Shown here piece after piece: positions 23,011-36,352 of a DNA stretch of 64,000 nucleotides. The notes under the pieces were generated by a model that was not told where the DNA came from, searched no databases, and saw nothing but the letters and a program-made list of their open reading frames with translations. The stretch comes from Perna viridis. Taxonomy: Eukaryota. The stretch spans positions 43,653,743 through 43,717,742 of the forward strand of contig CM074515.1 of NCBI GenBank assembly GCA_037379345.1, in the 5' to 3' direction. The stretch's first letter is position 1; each line of letters starts with the position of its first letter. A program made the position numbers and the translations under genes.

Positions 23011-24681
23011 TAAATAGAATTTGCTTAAAACTTCCCCTTGTCACCAACTCTTGGATATACATGTATGTATTTGAACTTTGCAATAAAAAAAATCTATTAG
23101 ATATAAATTAAGAATGCCACGATAGTACACAAGGTACTACTCAATTTAAAGGCTGAGAAGTCTAAATTGCTAGTTATGACACAACTCTTAATGCTTGGGT
23201 CACCTTAAACATTTAATTTATACATGTATGTTATGTATGGCTTATATGTATATGTATCTTTCCTGTAGCACCAAACATATAGAAACAAATCAACATTCTG
23301 ACCCAATTTACTTTTGATTATGTGATGTTATGTCAATATGTTAAAATCTTACAATCAATCTGTTTATGGGCAATTGCTATTCCTGGTATGTTGTCATTGG
23401 ATATTGTTGATAGATTTTAGTACCCCTACATCTATTTCTTCAATATTTCAGTAGTAGCTATGCAGTAAGTACAATAGAAAAATGATAATATATTTAAATT
23501 GCTGATTATAAGAATGGCTGTACAATTAGGGTCATAGAGTTTTCACAAGCATTGATGATGGTTAGCTTTTTTCATGGTTTTGACATATTCTTGCAGGTCT
23601 CACACTCCTTACAATTTATTCTGTTATGAAATGATGTTAGTATATAAGATAGCCAACAATTGTTGTCGACAATTAAAGCCCAACTTTTGGGATACCTTGC
23701 CAAAGAGTCCTACTTGCAGTTAGGCGCTATGTTATGTGTCCTAACTCTTATAGTGCTGGTGATAGGCCAATTTAGTTCAGATAATTCTCATTTCTCTTAT
23801 CAAATTTTGACACCATGTCATGACCTCAGATGAAGGTCAACCATAAACTACTAGTAGGGTTGTTGTCATAGGTAAACATGTAATTACCTCTGACTGATAG
23901 CTGACAGAAGAGAATGTGTTAGGATAATTAGAGTGACATATAAATTACCCATGTAACAAGACATGTCTGCATGGGTTAGGGACAAATTGATTTATAAGTG
24001 AAAAGGTAGAAAATATAGATTTCTATGCTGTCATCAGGTATTCAACTAACATATTTTCATATTCTGTATATCTGTCTTTCCCTTTTCCTTAGGCCTAAAA
24101 GGTGTTTAAGGTTCGTGAATGTTGCCCCAGTCAGATTCTCCGCTTTCCATTTAGTTTGTTGCTCTTTTAAACAACCCCCCTGTTCTTTCAAGGCCATTTA
24201 CATATCTGAGAAATCATATTGAAAGTTTTTACTGAATAAGTCATGCAAGAGTATGCAGAAACAGGATCTAAATGGACATGCTTTTAATTAATAAGATCCA
24301 ATCGCACCCGTTTTTTTTTTGTCATGCCTCACGTAAATTAATGCTTTATGTCTGATTTCACGAAATAACAGAGTTTATTTTGGCCTTGAATGACTATCAT
24401 TTATAGAGATTTGATCAGAATAAAGTATTTGTTCTTGCCACTAGAGTATTAGAATAAGTGTGCCTTGTATCGTATGATTTACCGATAACTGGTAAATTAA
24501 CAGGGGAAATAACTCATGTGTAAACAATGAAAAGTGCATTTGTAACATTAGATCTCACATCAGAGCATTAGAGCTTGAAATTATTCAATAATTAAAACAT
24601 GTATAGGCATTTTCATTAGACCCTGCTTATGGATTGCTGTAATGAGAAATCACTAATACAGTTACCAAGTTATAATAGTGT

Positions 24682-25080
24682 CTTTTTATACCCAGCTCCG
24701 AAGGATAGGGGTATACTGTTTTATCATTGTCCGTGCTACAGTACATGTTTCCTTAACACATTTTTCTGTCAGTTTTCTCAGTAACTTCTTATCACAGCAG
24801 CTTGAAATCTAAAACACTTACTTGCTGTAGGTATGCCATTTGGCGGGATACATTTTTGGGAAAATTTAACAACTTGCTCTTTACCAAGAAATTTGTTTAT
24901 TTTTGACATATTTGGAGAGTTGAAATTTTCTCGACAACTACTCATCACAGCATCTTAGAATTTTAACACATTCTTCATGGGATGCATTTTGAGAAAAATT
25001 TGACAACAACTTTCTGTTTACAGAGGAATTTGTTTCTTATATCGTTATTAAGAGAAGGGTATCACTACCGAGCTATTGCA
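24682..25080 (+). mobile_element. Degenerate Helentron-associated (HINE/DINE-1-like) element
   Basis: TTTTTATACCC...GGGGTATAC subterminal palindrome, TGTCCGT, two internal ~150-bp related units and a terminal GGGTATC copy. Confidence 0.6.
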
Positions 25081-25189
25081 TGATTTAATTGATGTGCTCA
25101 TGCAAGCACACCTTTGACTTGTGTGCACACAATGCATATGTATGATTTACACAGTACATACACACAATTTGATTTACATACACAAATTA

Positions 25190-25520
25190 TAATCTGTGTG
25201 GTGTATGGTAGTGTGAGTGTCTTTTAGTGCAAATGGACCTGGGTTTTAATAGTTATTCCACAGCCAAGTCACACCACCGACTTCAAACTGGTAGTCACTG
25301 CTTCTACACCATGCATATGGTGTATAAAAGGGTTGTCTTTTGGTCAGAGAAATGTGGAGGAGTAAAATGACATGCTTACCTGCATGTGGTTGCTTCTGTG
25401 AGCTAGAACATTAAAAATCAGGTTCTAGATATCAGAATGGTCAAAAGCTTGGTCTGATTGATTAAATTTCATGTCCTAATCTGCTATAGTACGTTAATTA
25501 TCAATCTTAAACACAATACA
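25190..25520 (+). mobile_element. Degenerate tRNA-derived SINE (Meta-domain-like)
   Basis: GACTTCAAACTGGTAGTCACTGCTTCT and CATGCTTACCTG...TTGCTTCTGTGAGCTAG are shared with the 27945 and 57267 copies. Confidence 0.65.
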
Positions 25521-26914
25521 TGTTTATACTGAAGTGTGGATGTTGAATGATTTAAGATAATACTCATGTGGAGCACACATGGTGGAGCATACAATAACTA
25601 TATTTTCAAAATACACACAAGTACATGTACATGTAGTCCCTGATGAAGTCCTCATAGTAACATGTGGGCATATTCGTGTACATTGTACATACAGCATATA
25701 TTTTCGTAAATATTATTATTTTAACCTAAAACAAGTCTTGCATTTTATTGTTGATTTAAATAAAATATTATTCCAGGGATTATTTTTACTCATTTTAACA
25801 AAGTCAAAGGGCATTTTTTTGTTTTAATGGGAGATCTGACTCCCATATCTATAAAAATGATTCACATGTCTGCTTTTAATAGATTTTTATTTCTTTCTGC
25901 GAATAAAACTAGAAAAAAAAACTATTCAAATGGAAGATCTCTGTTTGCCTTTGATCATAGGAAGCATAGTATATTTACCTGATCAAGTTCAATGGTGTTA
26001 AAACATACTCTTACAGGTGAAAGGAATTCTATCTGCAGGTGATATAAATCAAACGCACCCCAAGGTAAACATGTGATTTCTATTACCCAACATCAAACAT
26101 AACTTAGTTGTTATGACTGATAGGCTTTTAACCTCTCAACATCTAACATCACTAATTTAGATAAGGAAAATGTAAAAGGAATAGACAATCACTGCAGAAA
26201 ATGTGATAAACAAATCATAAATGACATGAGGAGAGGCTTTACCAATCTCTTTATAGGAGATGTCACTGTACTCTGAGGATACTGTACAGTGTAATCCAAT
26301 TTTAAATTTTATACCAATTATATTTTGTAATATTTTGTATATTTCATTCACTTCATCTGTTTGTCCTTTCATACCAGTGTTGTCGGCTTGTCCATCCGTC
26401 CATTACACTTTTCATATCACATTTCTCAGCTTCTATTTGAGGGTATGCTTGGATATTTTGTATACTGCTTTCACATGATGACACCTCTTTCTAGGTTCCT
26501 GAATTCTTGTCTACTGTCTGTTTACTGTATGCCCAATTTATTGGCACCTTTTTGAACTTATGTTTCTTCAAGTGGACCATTGATATAAAACTTAAAAAAG
26601 ACCATTAATTTGAAACTTTAAAAATCCAGGTCAATCCACTCATGAAGTAAATTTGGACCTCAGTGCACTATCCACAAGAAAATTTAAAATTCGGCTTTTG
26701 TAAGCTAAAATCAATCACAACTTTGACATGTACATACCATGACTCGATGATGACATTACTGGAAGTCCTTTGTTTAATTGTACATTTGTGTAATGCATAG
26801 TCAGTTTCTTTATTTCTGTTTTGAAAAGGCACTGAGACCTTTTTGAACTGATTTTCAGGTGTGTTTAATTGCATAATATTTTTTTCCACAGTGGCCAGAT
26901 TCAAAATTAGAAGG

Positions 26915-27235
26915 GTTGTGATCACACCAAAGTATATTAACCCCACCACATTTTTTGGGCTGTCCTAAGTCAGGAATTTCTGGCCTCTATACATGTATGT
27001 ATTTTTTCATTTTAACTTTTAGTTTATTTTTATGTTGCTGGAGTATAAACATGTAGGGACAACTAATTTTGATGTGCCTGTGTAAAGTATTGTTTTGGAG
27101 CCAACTGCTGCCTGCCCTGTGATGATAGGGTTTCTTCATAGTAGTTCATTGAAGACCCATGGGTGGCCTTGAGCTGACATTTTTCATCTAAATGAGGTTG
27201 TTGTCTCTTTGACATATTCATCATATCCATTCTTG
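26915..27235 (+). mobile_element. Degenerate interspersed repeat, possibly a second Penelope-like terminal region
   Basis: TTAACCCCACCACATT..CTGTCCTAAGTCAGGA and TTGAAGACCCATGGGTGGCCTT..GGTTGTTGTCTCTTTGACATATTC resemble a mussel repeat I recall. Single copy here. Confidence 0.35.
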
Positions 27236-27944
27236 TTATATATATACATCTACTGTAATTTTACAATTTTAAATTATTTACTCTCATCTACACGCTCCGT
27301 TCATGTCATTCTTACATACATGTACATGTGCATAGTATATGTTTCGTCTGAACCACTCCATTTTTCCCATTCCAACATTATACAGACCTGTATTTTACAG
27401 GTTGCCATTTTGGATATGTGTAACTATTGGTGGTCTGTTGAATGATATGTGATGATTTGTTCTGTCAACTTCTCATTATTGAATAATGACAGATAATAAT
27501 CTTGTTTATGTGATCAAATTGACTGCCCTAATTGATGTCTGGACCTAAGGGTACATGTATACATGTTACCCTCTATTATTATTGATATATATCACAGATA
27601 TTGTCAGAGTACATATAAATTTTCCATTCTCTTGCTTGGTTACCCCATAAAAATTCTTACATTTTTCTATACTTTTCAGGCCAAATAGATTTAGATTGAG
27701 GCAGAAGTATTTTGTATTTAATACTTTGTTTATATTCTTTAAAGTGCATTTACATTATTTTTAGTACCTGTGTAAGGCCATGGTTATTTCAAAAATTGTT
27801 ATCACAAAACTTTCAGGGTACTTTTGTAATTTTTTTGATTTTCTGTATCAGATCTCATAGACTCAATTTTAGTACATACAATTTAGGTACATTTATGTCT
27901 AAAAATTGTAAACAAAAATATGTAAACCCTTTATTTGAATGATT

Positions 27945-28290
27945 ATCTACCTCTGGTCTGGGAGTAGTTAACTTGTCTTGAGTCCAGAAGGTGGTGGTGA
28001 TGATCCCCCAGGCCAAGAAACACCAAAGACTTTAAAATTGGTAGTCACTGCTTTTTCCGCCAAGTTATAGTGGACAGTATATACATGTAAGGGGATAGAG
28101 TGATGTCTTGTTTGCTATGAGCCTGAATAATGTGTCTTGAAGTTGAGTTGGGTGTCATGCTTACCTGTAGGATGTTGCTTCTTTGAGCTAGCACAAGATC
28201 TGGCTTTTTGGATTAGTATAAAGCAGGGCCAGTTTAATTTGTCAATTTTCTTATAAGTAAACCCCTAAAAATGTGTTTGAGTCAATCGTA
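27945..28290 (+). mobile_element. Degenerate tRNA-derived SINE (Meta-domain-like)
   Basis: CCAAAGACTTTAAAATTGGTAGTCACTGCTTTTTCCGCCAAG core, AATAATGTGTC and TGAGCTAGCAC. Confidence 0.7.
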
Positions 28291-28459
28291 TAAGTATAAA
28301 AATGAGTTATTAAACAGAATTTTTCAATTTGCAAATGTACAAATGTATATGTATATACAGTTCTCGTTTTTCATTGTTTAAATAAAACCAATATTTGCTT
28401 CATCTGCTTTTCTTGCATATTCATAGTTTATGTTTCATACACACTTAAATACTACAGTG

Positions 28460-28489
28460 GGACGTTAAACCCCAACAAACAAACAAACA
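28460..28489 (+). mobile_element. 30-bp extremely 5'-truncated retroposon tail
   Basis: GGACGTTAAACCCCAACAAACAAACAAACA is identical to the 5088 element's tail. 13-bp TSD AAATACTACAGTG at 28447-28459 and 28490-28502. Confidence 0.88.
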
Positions 28490-28495
28490 AAATAC

Positions 28496-28747
28496 TACAG
28501 TGAAAACTGTTGAAACCAAACACTGAATTATCCCAAAATTTGTCTAAACCAAACACTGAATTATCCCAAAACCTGTCTAAACCAAACACTGACTAATCCC
28601 AAAACCTGTCTAAACCAGACACTTTTTTATGTTTATACATTTTGTATCAATTGAAATATATTTTGTTCTTGGTAAAGAGAGCACCTGTCTAAAGTCGATC
28701 AATTTTAAAGTCCAAAAGTGGTTTTGGTTTAGAAAGGTTTTACTGTA
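28496..28747 (+). mobile_element. TA-flanked CAGT-start MITE (Tc1/mariner-like) with an internal 33-bp tandem repeat
   Basis: TACAGTGAAAACTG..AAACC / GGTTTAGAAAGGTTTTACTGTA, with AAACCAAACACTGAATTATCCCAAAACCTGTCT x3. Confidence 0.78.
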
Positions 28748-29386
28748 TACATTTGTATGACAACATTCAAACTATGATGATTGGGGGGGGGGGGTTTACA
28801 ATCTTGATGATCCTTTCGGATCTTCCACAACCGCACCTTATGGGAATTCTGTTAGTAGATGTTTGTAAGTAATTGGAGGTAGAGGAGCCCAATCTTCAGG
28901 GTACTTGACCGAAGAACTCAGAGTATTGTCCTAACTAGTGGCTGGGCTGCTCTGTTGACACTCAGGCTTACTCCCAGACCCCATGTGGGTCTGAGGGCAT
29001 TTCCCCACTCTATTTGGGAGTACATCAATGTGTAAAATAATCCATTCAAGCTGGTAAATTGTCTCCTATAAAAGCTAGGATGTGGTTTGTCCCTTCTACA
29101 GCAGTTTATCTTTTATACTGCTAAAAAATGAAGATACATTATCTTAACAATAAAATATGGGAAAATAATACTTATTGATATTTTTGTATTTTTGTGCCAT
29201 TGTTCTAATCAGTCCTGGCATCTGCCAGTCAGAAGTGTCAGTATTTTAGAAATCCTCTTTTACAATGTATATTAAAAGCCCAAGATTTGAATAATGAGGG
29301 GAAAAAATAATAGATTTTATCTTAGTCAGGGAATTACCAAATGAATTGGTTTTATAAGGGATATGCTATGATCTGAAGGTTTAAAA

Positions 29387-29697
29387 TACAGTGAAACCCA
29401 TCTGAACTGAACCACTTTTGGACTAGCTAGAAAACTGGTTTTGTTTCAGACAGGTTTTTGACTTATGAAGATACATTTAAACTGGTAAAACATGACTTGC
29501 ATTATTGTCTAGTTTACACAGGTATTGGGATTTAATAGTGTTCAGTTTAGGCAGGTTTTGTGATTTTTTCAGGGTTCATTTTAGACAGGTTTTGTGATTT
29601 TTCAGGGTTCATTTTAGACAGGTTTTGGGATTTTTAGGGTTCAGTGTAGGCAGGTTTTGGGATTTTTCAGGATTTAGTTTAGACTGACGTCATTGTA
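29387..29697 (-). mobile_element. Same MITE family, opposite orientation
   Basis: TACAGTGAAACCC.. / ..CATTGTA, with TTAGACAGGTTTTG(T/G)GATTTTTCAGGGTTCA x5. Confidence 0.75.
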
Positions 29698-29972
29698 TTT
29701 AATGAGACATATATTCTTTTATCTTAACTGCTTATTCAGTTGAAATTTTAGTAAATGCAGAAATTCTAATGACATTTTCCTGACATTTCATGAAATGTCA
29801 TTAAAGCAGATATGACTGACCCTTAAATTTTAGAATTGACTTTTAACAAAATCAAACGCTTCTTGCACAGAAGCTTCTCTTTCAATGATTTCATTAATGG
29901 TTCCATCAATGTTATTTGAGTGATTTAGAAATAGTTTTGTTGACATTGATTAACAGAAAAGATCAGGATTGA

Positions 29973-30360
29973 TAAAGTCCCTGAACCAATCTGCAATCTG
30001 CGCAACATTTTGATGGATCGATGACTGTTGACTGATTAATCACTGACGGATCGATGACTGGTGACCGGTGACCGATCTGATCGCAGTTTTGTTATGTAAA
30101 ATGACGAATGATTTGTTAAAAATAAAACAAATGTAAAGTAAAAGTATAGATTGATAATAAAATTTATTGCATAATGTAAATATGTGTAAAATTGACAAAG
30201 AAAACACTGGAAACGATAAATTATATTGACCGCTCTGTGGTCACGTGATGCGATCACCGGTTTGATAGATCGGTTTGAAGGATCGATGACTGATCGGAAA
30301 CTGATCAGTGGTCGATAACCGATCGCAATTTTTGTTGCACGGATCAGTTCAGGTACTGTA
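29973..30360 (+). mobile_element. TA-flanked CpG-rich MITE, copy 1
   Basis: GTCCCTGAACCAATC / GATCAGTTCAGGTACTGTA, colinear with 39230-39647 and carrying GATCGATGACTG repeats. Confidence 0.85.
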
Positions 30361-31170
30361 AATTCATATGTCCTTTACTACTGTGTGGTTCTTCCTTTAT
30401 CAAACACTTTTCCATTTTCATTTATGTGTGAAACCTGGCTCATAGAGTAAAACTGTTTGGGAAAGGAGCAAGTTGAGTCCTACAATTGTATTTTAATTGT
30501 TGATGCAAGGAGTTCAGTTCTTTGAATATCTCTGAAGTGAAAGGAACAATAGGTTTTGAAATTAGCAGGGCCCGCTCTCCAAATGACCCCTAAAATTTGG
30601 TGTTGGCTACTAAAATGTCTACCGTGGTTGTAAAGAACTATGCATATCGGCTACCAAAATCTAAGCTGTGGGCTTATAATACCAAGCCAAAATTATTGGT
30701 TAAAACCCGGAGCAATCATGCCTCTAAAATAGCACTAAAGGTGAAAGGAGCAAGTTTGTTCATAAAATAACACTTGTTTTAAAATAGATCAGTTTCTTTC
30801 ATAAAATAAATTTATATTTCAAAAGGAATAATTTGGTTGCTAAAATAACATTTAGGTTTCCAAGAGAGAAATTTGGTTCTTAAAATTAATTAATATATAT
30901 AGATATATTTGATTCCAATGCTGTTGATGAGAGATGACTCTATGAAATATGTGTACAGCATATCGAAATCTGCAATATATATGATTGGTATTTTGTTCAT
31001 GTGATGAAAATTACTGATAATATCTTTCACTTACATAATGGCTGATTTGGGGTTAATTTGAACTTTTTTTGCAGGAAAATGATATCATTGGGACTATCTC
31101 ATGACAATATTACTATTTTATAAACAACATATTCTCATTAAGCCATTAAAAAGCTTTTTCTATGTTTCAG

Positions 31171-31232
31171 AACTGACGAGAAAGGACCCAGAGGTAAAGG
31201 GTTCAAGTTTATAGTAACAGCATTCAGTGAAG
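31171..31232 (+). CDS. CUB-domain protein, coding exon 4
   Basis: TGTTTCAG acceptor and AG/GTAGGA donor. (R)TDEKGPRGKGFKFIVTAFSE matches the CUB C-terminal F.TD....GF motif. Phase 2 in, phase 1 out. Confidence 0.9.
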
Positions 31233-31486
31233 GTAGGAAGATCATTGCAATGAAAATTAGGAATTTATGGTGATATTTAAGTCATTAGTTTCTAATGTTA
31301 AATTCAGAAATATAACATAATCAGTACTATAAGAAAAAAGTTCCTTTTTAAAAGTAAGTTGATACAAAAATGTCTGGAAATATTCATCCCTCCAGAATAC
31401 AGTTTATATTCAAGTCTTTTTTCAGTGATCGTAGAGTCAAATCTAGATTTATTGGTATTTGCTGCTATTTAGTTTCCCCTGCTCGA

Positions 31487-31677
31487 CACTGGATAAGTCT
31501 AGTACAATCTGTACAAGTTATGCACTGGATAAGCCTCATACAATCTATATACATTGTAAGTTATCCACTGAATAAGTCTTGTACAGTTCTATTCAAGTTA
31601 TCTACTGGATAAATCTATATGTACATGTAGTACAATCTTAACAAGTTACATAAATGTGTTCACTGTATAAGTCTAAT
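31487..31677. repeat. Degenerate ~36-45-bp tandem repeat
   Basis: CACTGGATAAGTCT.GTACAATCT..ACAAGTTAT recurs about five times. Confidence 0.7.
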
Positions 31678-32160
31678 TATGATCAAATGGGCCCAGTATT
31701 GTCTGTTTGAATTCTATAATATTGTTTGTGGTGGTACACTTTTAGCCCCGGCATCTCTGTCCCATGGACCAAATTTTAATAGTTTCATTTTTCCAATTTT
31801 GCACAAGATATCTGTGGTATACAACTTATTCTGTGAAAACAAACAAGCACTCAGAGTTGCACCAAGTTTGTTGCACTGACATTAATGCAATTTTCCCAAC
31901 TTCCTGTGTATTTGTTCTGTAAGATAAAAAATGTCAGTTTAAAATTTTTGCCAGCTCTGAAAACAATCATTATAATGTTTCCTTATCTTATTTATGATGT
32001 ATTTTGTATTATGAACATTACCTTTTAACATGGCACTTGTCAAAACTTTGCTAATCAAATTTAAAGTCAAGGTGTCAGTGAATTACAGTAAAACTTGTTT
32101 AAACAGAACTCTTGATGAACCAGACTGCTATGGAAAGCACATCTTCAGAGCTCATTCAGT

Positions 32161-32545
32161 TTAAATACAACTCGAGCTAAGAATCATGCAAAATGTGATT
32201 CATGGGTAAAAAGCTTACATATTTTTATTTTTGATATTTTGTTTGAATAGCCACAGTTAACAGAAATTAACATTCAGTTCTTCATATAACCTGTGTTCTT
32301 AGAAGATAAAAATTGTATAGATTGCACTGTAGATTTCAAAATTAAGGGAGGTAACTCTGTAAATCACACTAAAATACAATAGAATGTATTAGAATTTCAA
32401 TGTTGATTACCTCATAAGAGCAGGCAGATTTGGTTGAATAATTACACATTTCATAGTATAGACCCATAAAACAACTTAATTACAAATTTTTGGGGTGTAT
32501 CACATTTTCAGATTTTGCATGATTCTTATATAGACTGTTACTTAA
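32161..32545 (+). mobile_element. TTAA-flanked non-autonomous DNA element, family A copy 1
   Basis: Inverted TAAGAATCATGCAAAAT / ATTTTGCATGATTCTTA near the ends. A reverse copy lies at 55722-56127. Confidence 0.7.
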
Positions 32546-34639
32546 ATGTATTTTGAACCTGTGCAAATTCAACACTTGTCAATATTTGACAAGTTCTCCA
32601 GTCTTCTTGGAGGAGTGTTTAATTTAAGATCTGTAGATTTCACAGTAAAGTAATTTTATGTATTACTTGCCACTTTTTGGTCTACAAATTTTTGTGCATG
32701 AAACAGTATCTGTTTAATGTGATTTCATGGCTAATTTGTAGCCAAACACAATTACTTGAGCTGGAATCTAATTAAAATTGATTTATTTGTCTCCAGTAGT
32801 GTCTTTCCCCCACATTACAGAGATAATTCAATGGACAAATGACATATCTATACACCTGCCTAAAGACATCCATATGTATCTTAGGCCAATTAAATTGGCA
32901 TGCTAAAAATGTGGAATCATTTCTTTTTTGGTTAAGGCCAAGATATATTTTTAGGCTGATTTATCAAAATAACTGTCATGCATGGCTAATATAGGATTGC
33001 AGGAAACAGACATATTATTTTTGGACCTTCAAAAATCATGTGATGAATGGTATGAGTTACTACCAATTCAAATATTTTAAATATTGATACATATAAATTG
33101 AAATTTTTTGGACAAATTTCATGAAAATCATTTCCTTTTTGGAGATCAACAGTTTGGACATTTATGTACTGAATGTGATACATTAGAGAATTGTTCAAAT
33201 TCTCAAACTGTTGTCGCCTTTGTTATTTGTCTATGAAAAGAGATGTAATAAAAATGAGCAGGTTACGTAACAACCAGACATATAGCAAGAGCATCTTTTA
33301 TTGCAAGATTTTTTTTCATGTACAAACAGCATTAAGTAAGAAGATTACACATTTGGTGCAATAAGAAATCATTCACAGCAGATTATGAAGAATAAAGTAT
33401 TACGGAAATAAGTCAAATATGTTTAGAAACCATTCGTAAAAATGATGCAAGTGTAATATGATTATTGTTGTCTTAGATTTAAAGTGTGCATGATTAGACC
33501 TTGAGTATTGACATATTATGCAATCCAATGTTTTAGACATGCCTTTGACACTTAAGGTCAAAGGAACGAAATATTTCCCTTTTCCTTTGGTGATAAGTGT
33601 TTGCTACCTTATTGTGAGAATTGCTGAAAAATATTTTTGTTTTTTAGAGGGGATCAAATCTTCTGGTCAAAATTTAAATAAGAAATCAAGTTAGATAGCC
33701 TACATTGGTGTTCAGAATTTTGATGCTTAGAATGGCTTTGTTTTTTATGTCTTATTTTTCATACATTGATGATAATTTTATGTTAGCCTATCTTTTTTTC
33801 ATTATGTGCCAATTTCATTCTTCAGACAATATCTAAATTACTGTATTTAAGTCTGTCCTAATTTGACTTTAATCCAATCTTGACACAATTGTATTACAGC
33901 TATAGATGTACAGATTAGATTTTTATCAATTTTAAATGTGTAACTGCCATTGTACATGGTGTGGCAGCTTTTTCAGGGATACTGCAACAGGTTGCATTTT
34001 ATTAATGAGCCATTTATTAATGATCCTCTTATTTCATTTTGGATACATTATGAAATAAGGTACTAATTGAATTCGGATTGATTAAGATTTTAGAAAATGA
34101 GTTCTAAAAGAAATTCCTGCTTTATGGGACCTAGGAATTACATATTCATGATATTGCTAAATATACGCCAAAAAAATTATAGTCTTGCTTCCTGTTACCA
34201 GCAAAAAAAAATTGGGTAGTTAGGTAGGGAAAGTATATTCTTTATCAAAAACATTTTATACGGAGTTAACAGGGAAAGCAATCTAGACTTTAAAAATGTG
34301 TGAGCCCAAAATGGCCATGAAATGCTAAGGGTAGACAAAAAAATATGGTAGGTAGGGTAGCCCAAACAGAGACATCATTTTTTGCCTAACCAACAGGTTA
34401 TTCCTGCCTTTTCAGTCTGGTGACCTTTTTAACCTTGCCATTTAGGCATACCTATATGGTGTATATGACTACCCTCCCCCTCCCTCTTCCACAAGTATTT
34501 AGTTAGGATTAGCTTTTTAAATTATTTTCTTTCTGACATGGGCATTTGCTGAAAAATCTTATCATGGCTTGGAATTTTTTGCTAAGAAAGAAAGACAGTT
34601 TGAAAGCTTTTATTTGTGCTTTGTGTTGTGTGCTCTAAA

Positions 34640-34835
34640 TTTTGTAGCAGAGCTTTGAGTCAGTAGAAGCTGCAATCTTCACAATCAGAAAAAGGTATTT
34701 GCTGTTGCGTTCTAGAATTTGTAACAGAGCTCTGACCTGTTGAAGCTGTTATCTTCCCATTCTCAAAAAGTAATTAGCTGTTTTGAGTATAAGAATGTGT
34801 AGCACAGCTCTGATTGTGTTAAAGCTGTAAGCTAC
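34640..34835. repeat. Degenerate ~76-bp tandem repeat, ~3 copies
   Basis: TGTA(G/A)CA(G/C)AGCT(T/C)TGA....AAGCTG recurs three times. Confidence 0.65.
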
Positions 34836-35604
34836 AAGGCCTAAAAAAGACATACATGTAACATTGCTGTTCTTGAAGTTGTTCCATACCGCTGTCATAT
34901 GATATTTTGACCCCTGCGAAATATTGACCCCCAGTTAAAATATCATAGCCAAGTTTTGACCTCCCTTATGATAATTTGAGCCCCTTCTGTATTTTATTTA
35001 AGCTCTCAACCTCTATTCTATTAAAGATAAGGCTTTGTATGTTTTAGAATTGGTAGCCTAGATTTAATTCATTGAAGACTTTGTTAGTTCTTAGATCTTA
35101 TCTTTATGATGCACAGTTGTGCATTTAACAGGAAATGTTGCACTGGTTTGTATTTTGAGTGATGGATAGATTTTATCTGTTGGTTCAAGTGAGGTCAGCA
35201 CTTAACTGCACCCACTGACCAGTGGAATGTTGTAGAAATATGGTTGAATTCAAAGATAAGGAGACAGTAGTCTCCTAATGGTGCCACCATGTTATTTAGA
35301 GAGGTAATTTGTTGGAAGCACATTGTTTTTGTCTATCTTATATGTACTTATCTTTGGGGGTTATTAATTAGTAGATTTCTTTTATTTATTGGCAGTAGTC
35401 TTTGGGAGATAGTTAGTTGGTAAAATTTCATGGCAAGTGTATTTTACTGAAGTAAAACAGACCATGATTTTAACTAGGTGACAAATACTGAGCTTTTATA
35501 ATTTTCATGTGCTTAGCTCACAGTTCTAAGCAAAGTCTTCAGGAAGGCATCCCACTAGGTCACACATCATCACTCAATTTACCGCATATTTGGCGTGGAA
35601 GGAT

Positions 35605-35983
35605 TTAAGGATGTTCTCTGCTCTGTTTAAGAATAACAAAGATTTTAAATAGATATGAAACCTTTTAAGATCTTTCACACTAGAACAATATAAGAAGAAT
35701 AATTAGATGGGTCAGTGTGCTCACATTTTAGATAAGCATTTGAAATTTTTGGAGGATTTCTCTAGATTTTCCGTACATTTTGTATTAGTATGATTTATCT
35801 TATTAAAAACACGAAAGAAATAACAAGGATTTAGTGAAAATTTCCCATATCATTTTAAGGTGTGTTTAACAAAATTATGAAAAGATAAGTAGGGGTCACT
35901 GGGCAATGTTATGAAATGGATAAAACCAAAGAAGTCTGAAAATCTGACAAAAATGGCTGGATATGACCAGCAAACATCTTTAA
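35605..35983 (+). mobile_element. TTAA-flanked non-autonomous DNA element (Kolobok-like), family B copy 1
   Basis: TTAA-GGATGTT.. / ..AACATCT-TTAA, colinear with 45855-46240. Confidence 0.75.
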
Positions 35984-36317
35984 AGCAGTGTACAGATAGT
36001 AATCAAACTCGCAACCTGTCACATTGAAGTGATTATTAGCTGCATTCTATAGTACAAGTTACGTAACTAGGATGAATAAAGAAATCTCATTTTGCACATT
36101 ATTTTCTGAATTTAAAGTAATGGCTCATGTTAAATATTCACCTTTTTATAGTAATTTTATCATAAATATGTTACATGCATTTTTATCACATTTTTCGTAT
36201 AAAAAATATTAAACTGATTTTAATAACAGAAATTGTAGTATTGATTTGTCAGGCTTGAAGAATTATAGATCATGTTGGACAGAGTTATTATTGCGCAAGG
36301 TACACACACATATATAG

Positions 36318-36352
36318 GTAGATTGATAGATAGATAGATAGATAGATAGATA
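36318..36352. repeat. (GATA)n microsatellite
   Basis: Direct inspection. Confidence 0.9.

Noticed and set aside
34880-35580. Possible transposase remnant after repeated (A/T)TTGACCCC motifs
   Set aside because: The motifs suggest a transposon end, but I could not read a coherent protein or find the matching terminus.
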